IMG/VR virus record: IMGVR_UViG_3300037483_001096
Span: 1-37,026 of that record
Source of the DNA: a virus
Lineage: Duplodnaviria > Caudoviricetes
Strand: one strand, 5' to 3'
DNA length: 37,026 nucleotides
Numbering within the stretch: position 1 is the first letter of the stretch; every line of letters begins with the position of its first letter. The notes beneath the pieces are model-generated. The model saw nothing but the letters and a program-made list of their open reading frames with translations, did not search any database and was not told the origin of the DNA. Positions 23,513 to 32,331 of the stretch are shown piece after piece. The position numbers and the translations under genes are program-made.

Positions 23513-25821
23513 CGCTGACTGCTCTCAATGATTTTGGCGACGCGCCAAGCCATAGTTTCCACGTCCATATTGTTGGCGATAGTGATTGGCCCCAGGTTGA
23601 CGGTGATCCCGCCTCCCGCCCCGGCCATAATGGCCCGGGACTGTTCGGCGTTGTAGATGGTTGTACCTCTGGGTAACATAGTTTGCCTGGCGCCAGGTAG
23701 GGCAATCAACTCTGTGCCCCGTTCGTTGATGTTGGTCAGTCCGCCGGCAAAGAAAGCCGTGCCGGCAGCGCTGTTGACACTGGCCGGGAACCAGTTGCCC
23801 ATGACGCGCTTGGCATTGTCGAAGGTGCGCAACAGTGCCTGAATCTGACCCTGGATCCAATCGATCCTGGACTTGAGATTGTTGAACGCCTGCACGATGG
23901 CATCCACCGGCGCCAGCACGGCGTTGCGCATGGAGTTCATGGCCGAACCCAGCACGTTGCGCAGCACCCATCCAGCCTTGCCCACAGCATCCATACCGGC
24001 TTCGAGCAGGTCGAATACGGGTCGAATCTTGCCCTGCCAGATGTTATCCAGGACGCTGTGGATACCCTCCCAAATCCGGCTCCAGGCGTCGCTCAGTTTG
24101 TCCAGAATATCTTCAACGTCAACGCCCATGTCTTCCAGGATACCGACCACGAAGGAGCCAATGGCCAGCAAAATAGCCTTCGCCATGGATAGCCAGTTGT
24201 CCAGAGTGCCAGAGAAGAAGTCACCGAAGGCATCGAGAATACCGCTAGCCGCATCCCAGGCGCCCTGCCAATCGCCGTGGATGATGGCCACCACGAAGGC
24301 CACAACCCCGCCCACCACCCGGTTGAGCAATTCGAAGATGTTAGCCATCTGGTTGATGGCAAGGGTGACCGCAGTCACCATCATCGGGAAAGCGGATTCG
24401 AAGGCAACCAACAACACTTCCAGAATAAAACCAGCCAAAGCGGCGATTACCACGCCTAATACTTTGAGCGCGGGCGCCGCCTGTGTGGTCAGGTTGAGGA
24501 GGGACTTGATCAGAGGATCAACGGCCGTCCGGATGCGGGCAAAGCGTTCCCGGTGGTTTTCCAACAGGGATCCCAGCGGAACCAGAGCTGCCTGCACCTG
24601 GCCGAACACCATGCCCAGCCAGGCGAACACAGCGCCGATGGCATCGAAGGCGCCTAAGACCGCAGCCGAAACCCCAGGCATGGCCTGCACGGCCCAGTCG
24701 GCAAACACGGCAAAGGTAGGCGCCAGCTTTTCGCCCACGTCCAGGAGCAACACCTTACCCTGAGCCAGGATCTTGTCGAAGGAGCGACCCAACCCCCGAT
24801 CCATAGTGGCATAGGCCGCCTCAGTAGCGCCGGCGGCGCTGGCCATGGCATCCAGGTTGGTGGTGAACGAGGCCGCCCCCTTGCCAGCCAGGACGACAGC
24901 CGCCTGCCCCGCTTCCACCGAGCCGAACATATCCTGCAGACTCTTGCGGTTGACGATGGCCGCCCGCTGCATGACGTCCAGGGCCTCTTGCACGTTGCCA
25001 CCCTGGGCAATAAATTTCTGGAACGACTTGCCGGCGATCTCCTCGAAGACGGTGGCAGCTTCACTGCCGTCTTTGGACAGTTCTACCAACATAGCGCGCA
25101 ACTGCGTCGTAGCCACGTTGGTAGGTGTACCCTGCGCCGTCAGGGTAGCCAGGGCTGCGGTCATGTCGCCGAACTGCACACCGAGCGCCGCCGCTGTGGG
25201 GATGACGTTGAAGAGGCTTTTTGAAAGCTCCTCGAAATTTGTCTTGCCCAGGCGCACCGCCGTGAACATCTGGTCTGACGCTTGCGCAGCCGAAACCACA
25301 TCGGCGCCGTAGGCATTGACCACAGAGGAGATGCCATCAACGGCCGTCTCCAATTCGGTGACACCGCCCACGGCCGCTTTCTGCGCCGTCTCCAGGAAGT
25401 CGAAGACGTTGTCCTTGGGCACGCCAGCACTGATGGCCTGATACAAGGCAGGCACGACCTTGTCCGGCAGTACCCCCATGTCCACAGCCAACTGCTTGGC
25501 CTGATCCGACATTTCACCCATGGCCTGTCCGCTAATGCCGGGCAGAAGGGTGAAGACCTCATTCATCTGGCCTTCAAAGCGCACGAAGTCATTGACGCCG
25601 GATACGGCCAGGCCGCCCAGGGCTACCCCCAGCGCTACGACGGCGGTAACCGCAGCCATGGCGCCGGCCTTTAGCCCCTTACTCAACAGGGAACTGAGGC
25701 CGCCGGTGCTCTTGGTGGCCTTGTTGGCGGAGTCGCCGATGCCGGCGATGTCCCCTTTGACCTCGCGCAGGATGCGGCTGGCTTCGTTTTTGGCTTTGAT
25801 GACCAGATCCAGATCAGCCAT
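23509..25821 (-). CDS. Tape measure protein (TP901 family)
   Basis: ALYQAISAGV, AVRLGKTNFEEL, ATTQLRA; W/F periodic repeats; AGTAFFAGG..INERGTE. Confidence 0.93.
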   Translation of the reverse strand: MADLDLVIKAKNEASRILREVKGDIAGIGDSANKATKSTGGLSSLLSKGLKAGAMAAVTAVVALGVALGGLAVSGVNDFVRFEGQMNEVFTLLPGISGQAMGEMSDQAKQLAVDMGVLPDKVVPALYQAISAGVPKDNVFDFLETAQKAAVGGVTELETAVDGISSVVNAYGADVVSAAQASDQMFTAVRLGKTNFEELSKSLFNVIPTAAALGVQFGDMTAALATLTAQGTPTNVATTQLRAMLVELSKDGSEAATVFEEIAGKSFQKFIAQGGNVQEALDVMQRAAIVNRKSLQDMFGSVEAGQAAVVLAGKGAASFTTNLDAMASAAGATEAAYATMDRGLGRSFDKILAQGKVLLLDVGEKLAPTFAVFADWAVQAMPGVSAAVLGAFDAIGAVFAWLGMVFGQVQAALVPLGSLLENHRERFARIRTAVDPLIKSLLNLTTQAAPALKVLGVVIAALAGFILEVLLVAFESAFPMMVTAVTLAINQMANIFELLNRVVGGVVAFVVAIIHGDWQGAWDAASGILDAFGDFFSGTLDNWLSMAKAILLAIGSFVVGILEDMGVDVEDILDKLSDAWSRIWEGIHSVLDNIWQGKIRPVFDLLEAGMDAVGKAGWVLRNVLGSAMNSMRNAVLAPVDAIVQAFNNLKSRIDWIQGQIQALLRTFDNAKRVMGNWFPASVNSAAGTAFFAGGLTNINERGTELIALPGARQTMLPRGTTIYNAEQSRAIMAGAGGGITVNLGPITIANNMDVETMAWRVAKIIESSQR

Positions 25822-26040
25822 GGTTCTTTTCGTCTTTCATCTTCTTCGCCGTCCATTCGGCTTCGGCGTCGATGCGTTCCGCAATCTCTTCCACCAGGTC
25901 AGGCGGGGCACTCAGAAGATCCGGCCACGACCAGCCCATGTGGTGCATGATCTTCATCTCCCGGTCATAGCGCATAGGCAACTTGGGGTTGACGTGATCC
26001 AGCCCCTGGTAGATCAGTCCTTCGTAGACGGCTCGGATAC
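25814..26040 (-). CDS. Tail assembly chaperone -1 frameshift extension (gpGT-like)
   Basis: -1 frame after GAA AAA AAA is open to TGA 25814; contains MGWSWPDLLSAPPDLVEEI. Confidence 0.75.
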
Positions 26041-26385
26041 TTTTTTTTCGTCTTCGCTCAGCCCCTGGCCCAGGCTGTTGATGCCGTCCTTGATCTGTTC
26101 GATGATGGTAGAGTCCAGATCCAGGATGTTCTGACGGTTGACCGGCCGGCCTTCGAAACCGGGTCCGCTCCAGGAGACGATGCTCTTGACCAGGGTCTGC
26201 TCTTCCATCAACTGGGCGTCGAAAGTTACTTCGCCCTCGCCTTCACCGTGCCGGTCTGCGTGAAAGGCGATCTTCGTGGCCTTCTGCTTGATCACCTGCT
26301 CTTCGCCGTAGCTCAGCTTCCGGATCTCGACCGTGTTCTTTTCGTCGATCTCGACGGTCATGTGCTGCCTTGCGTAAAAACTCAT
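26014..26385 (-). CDS. Tail assembly chaperone (gpG-like)
   Basis: Between major tail and tape measure genes; slippery A8 run at 26041-26048. Confidence 0.85.
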   Translation of the reverse strand: MSFYARQHMTVEIDEKNTVEIRKLSYGEEQVIKQKATKIAFHADRHGEGEGEVTFDAQLMEEQTLVKSIVSWSGPGFEGRPVNRQNILDLDSTIIEQIKDGINSLGQGLSEDEKKVSEPSTKD

Positions 26386-26394
26386 GTGTCCCCC

Positions 26395-27378
26395 TTACAT
26401 GTTGGCTATGGTATTGACGACGCTCAACGACCAGATCAGGGCGTCGGCGCTGCTGTATACGGCCCGACCTTCCAACTGTACCGTTGTGTTTTCGTCGCTG
26501 TTCTGGTACGGATTCACCTTGCTGTAACGAGCCGCCATGTCCATCGTCCACGCCTTGCTGCCGGTGCCTGTATTGGCCAGGCGGATCAAGCGGATGCTGG
26601 CTGCCTCGAAGGCGTCCCGCTCGGTTTTGGCCAGGTTGCCGCTTTCCAACTCCAGCGTCAGCGTGAAGGTGATCTGCGGTTTGCGCTGGGCATGGGCGGC
26701 GAAATAAAGCGTGCCGTTGGCCGTGAAACGGGGCACCAGGCCGGTGACCACGTTGATGTTGGCCGCCATCAACACGCCCGCCTTCTGGGTCGAGCCGATG
26801 GTGCCACCACTGGCGTCGATGTAGACGCTGGTGTTAGCGAACAGGCTCTCCTCCACCGCCGGCAAAGAGAGCGCGGGGGTGAACGCGCTCTCCGCCACCT
26901 GCCGACCTGTCCAGTTGGCCTGCTTCTTCCAGGCTTCACCACCCTGACCAGACAGAACGAAGGACTCGACGAAACTATACTCCATCTCGCGTATATCGCC
27001 GGGAGCCGCCACGTTGCCGGCCTCGATGGTGTAAGTCTTGATCGTGTTGAGTGTCTCGTTCACGGGCAGGCTGTAGACCCGGGTGTAGGCGGCCGTACCC
27101 GTCGGCGTGGCCGTCTTGATGCCCGCCTCCAGGATGTGAGGCAACTGCTCGAACGTCAGTTCGGTAGCGGGCATGCTGAGACGGGCGCCCAGGCGGGCGT
27201 CATAGAGGCGCTCAGCGGAGACGATCAGGCCGATCTGCTCTTCGGCTGTCTGACGTTGGCGGTCATCTTCGATGTCGCCGAAGGGGCCACGCCAGATCGT
27301 AGTGGCAGCCACGGCGGTCCCCGCCGTCCCTTCCCGGCCCAGCTGCAATTTGTTGTAGGTGTAAGCCCCGTAGGCCAT
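26395..27378 (-). CDS. Major tail (tube) protein
   Basis: LQLGREGTAGTAVAAT N-terminus; position before the chaperone and tape measure genes. Confidence 0.85.
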   Translation of the reverse strand: MAYGAYTYNKLQLGREGTAGTAVAATTIWRGPFGDIEDDRQRQTAEEQIGLIVSAERLYDARLGARLSMPATELTFEQLPHILEAGIKTATPTGTAAYTRVYSLPVNETLNTIKTYTIEAGNVAAPGDIREMEYSFVESFVLSGQGGEAWKKQANWTGRQVAESAFTPALSLPAVEESLFANTSVYIDASGGTIGSTQKAGVLMAANINVVTGLVPRFTANGTLYFAAHAQRKPQITFTLTLELESGNLAKTERDAFEAASIRLIRLANTGTGSKAWTMDMAARYSKVNPYQNSDENTTVQLEGRAVYSSADALIWSLSVVNTIANM

Positions 27379-27381
27379 GGT

Positions 27382-27585
27382 TTACTTCCCCTTTCCTTTC
27401 GATTCCGGCTTTGTAGGTTCGGAATCCTCTGCGGCCGGGACGTACAGCCGCTTGCCTGTGGCCAGGACGTTGGCCTTGATGTGTTCCCGGTGCTGTTCGT
27501 ATTCGTCAGCCGTCAAATCCCGAGCTGGCACGCCGAACAGATAATCTCCCCCACCCACGTAGTGCCATGCTACTATCCGTTCCAT
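27382..27585 (-). CDS. Small conserved virion-module protein
   Basis: YVGGG..GVPARDLT..TGKRLY; GAAGGAGG RBS. Confidence 0.7.
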   Translation of the reverse strand: MERIVAWHYVGGGDYLFGVPARDLTADEYEQHREHIKANVLATGKRLYVPAAEDSEPTKPESKGKGK

Positions 27586-28208
27586 GATTCCTCCTTCATG
27601 TGCCAGTCCGATTTCTGGCCTACACTGACTGTCATTCCGTATTCCCGATCCGGCCACAGGATCTTGCCGTCGGGGCGCTTATGTCCACAGCGCACGCCCA
27701 GATGGGTTGCAATTTCGTGTCCGGCCCTGCGCACGTCTTCGAAAAACGGCGTGTCACAGGGCAGGTGGCCGCCGTCCCGAAAGTCGATGGCTTGTAACAC
27801 CGGACGCTTGATCAGCGCACAACCCAGGCCCTCGCCTACCCCATGCAGGGGCTCCCCCCAATGCGCCCGGATGGCGTCGTAGTCCACGCCCACGTTGGGC
27901 GTGCAACTGTTACTGCGCCGGAACAGGTAGTAGCCCAGGGCCACGTCCACATCCAGACTGGTCAGTTTCACCAGGGCATCCACGGGCGGGATCATGTCCG
28001 ACTCCACCACGAACAGGCCGTGATAGCCCCCGTCCAAACACGCTTGCCGACCCTTGCGATAGTTATGCAGAATGTTCTGTCGCCAGTCGGCGAACTGATT
28101 GTCCCGGCTAAACAGAATGTCCATGGGCCCGATCGGCTGCATCTGGAAAATGCGGTCCACTGCCTCCGGTTCCAACCTGGCGGTCGGGCAGAACAGCAGA
28201 ACACTCAC
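27573..28208 (-). CDS. GT-A fold (family 2-like) glycosyltransferase
   Basis: LFVVESDM (DxD-like), GLGCALIKRPVL, DTPFF, GVRCGH. Confidence 0.75.
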   Translation of the reverse strand: MSVLLFCPTARLEPEAVDRIFQMQPIGPMDILFSRDNQFADWRQNILHNYRKGRQACLDGGYHGLFVVESDMIPPVDALVKLTSLDVDVALGYYLFRRSNSCTPNVGVDYDAIRAHWGEPLHGVGEGLGCALIKRPVLQAIDFRDGGHLPCDTPFFEDVRRAGHEIATHLGVRCGHKRPDGKILWPDREYGMTVSVGQKSDWHMKEESWNG

Positions 28209-28618
28209 GCTAGGATCTCCATCATCTTTACGGTGATCTCAAACCTTACACCATAGTGAACCAAGTTCCCGTACTGCAGGGGCCTGGCTTCGTAGCGAAC
28301 CGGCCATACGATGGCGTCCACGGTCCCGTTCAGGCTGAAGTCGGATGCCAGTTTGGCCAGCACCGCCCCCGGCCACTGCTTAGATTCGTTGACGGCTTGC
28401 GGTAATTCCTGGCGGGCGTGGTAGATGTCCACAACCAGGGTGTGCAGGTTCTTGGCCAGGCCCGCGCTAACTACCGTCATTTCGCCCCGACGCACGTAGA
28501 CGGTGGCCGCCGGGAATTCGTTGATGCTTTCCGGCGGGTCAGCGTAAACCCGTTTCAGGGCTGTGATGGTAGCTAGTGTTGTTTCCAGGGCCGTAATCGC
28601 TTGCGCCAGTGTGGCCAT
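28205..28618 (-). CDS. Tail terminator / completion protein
   Basis: RVYADPPESINEFPA..DFSLNGTV; position in the module. Confidence 0.7.
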   Translation of the reverse strand: MATLAQAITALETTLATITALKRVYADPPESINEFPAATVYVRRGEMTVVSAGLAKNLHTLVVDIYHARQELPQAVNESKQWPGAVLAKLASDFSLNGTVDAIVWPVRYEARPLQYGNLVHYGVRFEITVKMMEILA

Positions 28619-29199
28619 TACATCTTCGGTCCTTGCATGTAGGGCTTGAGCAGCGCGATCACCTGTTTTGGCATGGCCTCGCCGTAAATAAGTTGACCCA
28701 GATCGGCGTTAGCTGTCGCATCGGCGAGCGCCGCCTGGTAGCGCTTGTACATCCAGCCGGCCAACATCATGCAGGCTTCCTGCACCGGCGCCGGAACGGT
28801 CGCGCTGAATCCCCACACACCTTCGACCTCGACCTCGCCATCGGTGATCCAGCTCCAGGCGTAGCTGGACAGCAGCCGGATCTCCCAGTAGGGTGTGGTG
28901 TTGCGCGGCTGCAACCGGTAGGTGCCCGCTGCCAGGACGTTGCCATCGCCGTTGGTCAGGGTTGTCACGCTCAGCAGCGGTTTGTCCACAGCGAGCACGC
29001 CATCCCGTATGGCATCGAGTTCGTAGTAGCGGCTGGCGGCCACCGTCGCCGCGAAGGCGTCCTCAACGTCATAGGTCACGCGGTCAATCCAGCGACTGGC
29101 CGCAGCAATCATTGCGTCGATCTCAGTGTCATACGTGGCCGCCGTGATGTTTAGCCGGCCGGGCGCCTTGACCTGGGCTTTGGTGCAGTAGTCAGCCAA
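28618..29199 (-). CDS. Head-tail connector (adaptor) protein
   Basis: YCTKAQVK..AASRWID..GVWGFSATVPAPVQEAC..LLKPY. Confidence 0.85.
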   Translation of the reverse strand: MADYCTKAQVKAPGRLNITAATYDTEIDAMIAAASRWIDRVTYDVEDAFAATVAASRYYELDAIRDGVLAVDKPLLSVTTLTNGDGNVLAAGTYRLQPRNTTPYWEIRLLSSYAWSWITDGEVEVEGVWGFSATVPAPVQEACMMLAGWMYKRYQAALADATANADLGQLIYGEAMPKQVIALLKPYMQGPKM

Positions 29200-29214
29200 G
29201 AGCCTATCCCTCCT

Positions 29215-29610
29215 TTATGCCACAATCTCATACTCCAGTTCCACGTAGGCCTCGCCAGCTGCTGTCGCAGCTATGCCCGTATGCCGTACAATCACCGGCG
29301 TGTTGGCCGCCAACTCTGCGCTGCTTGCCAAGGTCATAGCCGTACTGGTGCCCACCGCCTTGGTATTCCCGTAGGCGGTAGCGGCCACAATTTCTGCCCC
29401 CGCAACGGTTGTCCCGACCTTGGCATTTGCTCCAGCCACCGTACCCGTGGTCGCTCCGCTGTAGACGATACGGGCTGCCAGCGGCTTAATACGCTGGCTA
29501 TGGCGCAGGATCACATCGTCCACGGTGGTACCAGCGCCGTTGTCCAGGTCAAATGGTCGCGAACGGGCGATCTGCCGCTTCTGTTCACCCCTCATCACGT
29601 ATGTTCCCAT
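29215..29610 (-). CDS. Probable capsid decoration protein
   Basis: Follows the major capsid gene; beta-rich, ends GEAYVELEY. Confidence 0.6.
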   Translation of the reverse strand: MGTYVMRGEQKRQIARSRPFDLDNGAGTTVDDVILRHSQRIKPLAARIVYSGATTGTVAGANAKVGTTVAGAEIVAATAYGNTKAVGTSTAMTLASSAELAANTPVIVRHTGIAATAAGEAYVELEYEIVA

Positions 29611-29670
29611 GTTTTCTATCCTTTCGGGTTAGGGGAGGAGTTTCCCCCTCCCCATCGACCACGGTTTGAA

Positions 29671-31245
29671 CTACAACACTACGTCATAGCTGATCGCGCT
29701 GGCATCAGTATCCCGGTTGATCATGCCGACTCGCATCAATGCCACAATTTCTGTGGCATCTGCGGATGGTACACGGGTTGTCTCGAACGTAATACGGCGC
29801 TTATAGCCCAATCGCCACTGATCCCAACGTACAGCCAGGATGGCGCCGGTCGTATTGTTAGCGGCAGTATCCAGGTCAAGCTTGCCAGCAGTGTTGGCCT
29901 TGAGCCCGTAGGTGGCGTCCTGATTGGCCCGATGCATGTTGGCGGTCGGGATGACCCCATATCCATAGAGGTTGGTCAGCAGCCCACCCTCGATCGTGGG
30001 CTGCACAAACACATCCCGGGTTTTCACCTCGGCCAACTCTAGCGTCTTCCAGTGGGTCCACAGATCCAGGATGAAGGATACTGCGTCCCGCTGTAATGCA
30101 TTTTTGCCGGCCAAACCCATCAACTTAACGGTCTCTAGAAAATCCTCCACAGTCAGTGCGATACCGCTATCCCGACTGTTCGCTGTGTTTGTCACCAACG
30201 CCAGCTTGCGGAAACCATTGAACAACAGGAACGCCTCGGTCCCCGCCGGCGTCCCCCCAATGTCGTTGATGTTGGTCGTGGCACCAGTTGCCGTGTCGCC
30301 GTCGATACAAACAGACTCCAACACCTCGGCACCCTCCTGTTCCATGGATGCCCGCAGTTCCGACACCCAAGGAATCATGGAGTCCTCTTCCAGTTCGCCG
30401 GTGAAGTACGCAGCCGCACCCAGTTTGGCTACCGGCAATGTCTGATTGACGGTTCCCAGTTTGCTAGTTGTTACCGTGCGCGTGATGGCGCCGGGATTGG
30501 CCGCCTGCGCCGATGCCTGGGCAACTTTGTAAAAAGTGGGCGGCGTGCCGTCCAACGGAATGACAACAGACTCGGACCCTTGTGGCACTTCAACAGTCGG
30601 GATCTTGCCAACCACAGGCGTCGCCTGGGCAATCTTGCGCCACAACTGAGTGGAGTACGTGACACCAATCCATTCATCACCATAGCTGGCCAGAGTAGAC
30701 TGGTTCAATTCATTAGCCTTGGCGGCCAATCCCTGGGCATCTAGATCGAAGCCAACTGCTTTCAGGGCATTACGCCCCGCCCGGTAGTTGTCATCCTTGC
30801 CGATCTCCCCCAGTTTGACTATGAGCGCCTTGACGGCATCTTCCGATGCGCCGCGCTTGCTGCGATTGGAGCGCTGCGCTTCCTGCAGAATCCCTACCAG
30901 CACGGCCTGATCAACCGCTTCCAGGTTGTCGTACTTGTAGAGGTTGTTGAATTTGGCCACGTGGGGAGCGTTCCCGCCGCCGGGCAGCCGGTTGTTCTTG
31001 GCTGCGTCCGCTTCCCACATCTTCTTTGCGTCGGCTACTGCCTGATCAATGGCGGCCTTCTGAGCGCTGGCTTCCTCGTTTTGATCCAGCCCGGCTTCCA
31101 TAGCATCCAGATCATCCATGTGATCAATCTGGGCCTTGAGTGCCTTTGCCTCGCCAGTCAACTTCTCGCCTTCTTCGATATTGCCAGAGGTAAAAGCAGC
31201 CTTCGCTGCTTCCAGCTTCAAACGAAGTAGCTTCTTGAGATCCAT
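29671..31245 (-). CDS. Major capsid protein (HK97 fold, N-terminal scaffold domain)
   Basis: Coiled-coil N-terminus, FTGELEEDS, CIDGD, FNGFRK; position in the module. Confidence 0.9.
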   Translation of the reverse strand: MDLKKLLRLKLEAAKAAFTSGNIEEGEKLTGEAKALKAQIDHMDDLDAMEAGLDQNEEASAQKAAIDQAVADAKKMWEADAAKNNRLPGGGNAPHVAKFNNLYKYDNLEAVDQAVLVGILQEAQRSNRSKRGASEDAVKALIVKLGEIGKDDNYRAGRNALKAVGFDLDAQGLAAKANELNQSTLASYGDEWIGVTYSTQLWRKIAQATPVVGKIPTVEVPQGSESVVIPLDGTPPTFYKVAQASAQAANPGAITRTVTTSKLGTVNQTLPVAKLGAAAYFTGELEEDSMIPWVSELRASMEQEGAEVLESVCIDGDTATGATTNINDIGGTPAGTEAFLLFNGFRKLALVTNTANSRDSGIALTVEDFLETVKLMGLAGKNALQRDAVSFILDLWTHWKTLELAEVKTRDVFVQPTIEGGLLTNLYGYGVIPTANMHRANQDATYGLKANTAGKLDLDTAANNTTGAILAVRWDQWRLGYKRRITFETTRVPSADATEIVALMRVGMINRDTDASAISYDVVL

Positions 31246-31255
31246 GTTTGTTCTC

Positions 31256-31930
31256 CTAGAGATCCGCTTCTAGACTCAGCAGATCCAGTAAACCGATGTG
31301 TTGTCGAATCACTACATCTGCCTTCGCCGCTTTCGCACTTTGGACGACTGCCGTCGCCCCTGCTGCGTCCGCCTCTGGTTCAGGCTGTTCTATGTCCACA
31401 GGCAGGGCAATGCCCGCCTGAGCGTAGACTGCTTTCAATGCCGGCAGGGCTACGGCGTAAGGGTTGGCCGGTGACCGCCCTTCGCCCACGTCGATCAGGC
31501 TCAGTTCGGCAAAGGGCCAGACGGCGATGCGGCCGGGAACGCCCTTGTCGTACAATTTGCCCCCCTCCAGGCGGGCCAGGTGTGCGATAGAGCCGGAGGA
31601 CGCCGCCGCTGCCGTGCGCTTGGCTGCCTCCCAGATACGGCGGGCATATGCTTTGGTCCTATCCAGCACGACCCGCACCCACACCCCGTCCGCTTTCCTT
31701 TCGACCCGGACCGCTTTGCCGATGATCTCCGGATCGCCCTGCAGCCCCTGCCGGTCCGGGCTGATCCCGTGGTAGTAGACGACCGCCGGCGTCGTGAACA
31801 CGTCGCTCATCAGGTTGGTGTCGGCGTCGAACCACTGGCCGTCACTGTCCCGGCTGCCGAACGGAATGGCCAGGACGTCCAACTCCCAGTCGCCTGCTGC
31901 CTTGACCACGGTCCTTATGACGGTCTTCAT
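31256..31930 (-). CDS. Prohead protease-like protein
   Basis: VVYYHG, IGKA, DGVWV, SSGS, ELSLI..PANP. Confidence 0.7.
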   Translation of the reverse strand: MKTVIRTVVKAAGDWELDVLAIPFGSRDSDGQWFDADTNLMSDVFTTPAVVYYHGISPDRQGLQGDPEIIGKAVRVERKADGVWVRVVLDRTKAYARRIWEAAKRTAAAASSGSIAHLARLEGGKLYDKGVPGRIAVWPFAELSLIDVGEGRSPANPYAVALPALKAVYAQAGIALPVDIEQPEPEADAAGATAVVQSAKAAKADVVIRQHIGLLDLLSLEADL

Positions 31931-32331
31931 GATTGCCAGAACTCCCCGATTTCCTTCTCAAAGTCTTCCTGAATGGGGCCGGATAGTTGATCAACGGCGT
32001 CCTGGTCGGTCTGCCAGTGGCCCATCCAGCGCGCCTGAAACTGTTCACTCTGCACGAACGGACCATAGCTGACATTGTTGCCCGCCCTGCCTTCCAGGCC
32101 GTCACTGGTCTCCTTGATTTCCACGGGCGTCTGCGTCCACTTCTGCCCTAGCCGCTCAGAGCGGGGATCTCGTCCCCGCCGATAGCGACTGCCTGCCGGT
32201 GACGGTGGGTAGTCGGCCATGAAGCCCACGAGGCGAGCCAGGCCGCGCTGCATGGGCTTACGCAGGATGCGCATGGCCTCCAGTACTCCAACTTTTTCGA
32301 TCAACGCCTCCATGCCGGGGATGTCGATCAT
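31927..32331 (-). CDS. HK97 gp10-like neck / tail completion protein
   Basis: RYRRG..LGQKW..GNNVSYGPFVQ. Confidence 0.7.
   Translation of the reverse strand: MIDIPGMEALIEKVGVLEAMRILRKPMQRGLARLVGFMADYPPSPAGSRYRRGRDPRSERLGQKWTQTPVEIKETSDGLEGRAGNNVSYGPFVQSEQFQARWMGHWQTDQDAVDQLSGPIQEDFEKEIGEFWQS

Noticed and set aside
26248-27882. 544-aa plus-strand ORF and similar long antisense ORFs (23873-24763, 32466-33368, 2452-3198)
   Set aside because: Antisense shadows of GC-rich structural or replication genes, with no recognisable motifs
29631-29652. Terminator after the major capsid gene
   Set aside because: A hairpin is present but has no U-tract on the coding strand; more likely an mRNA stability element
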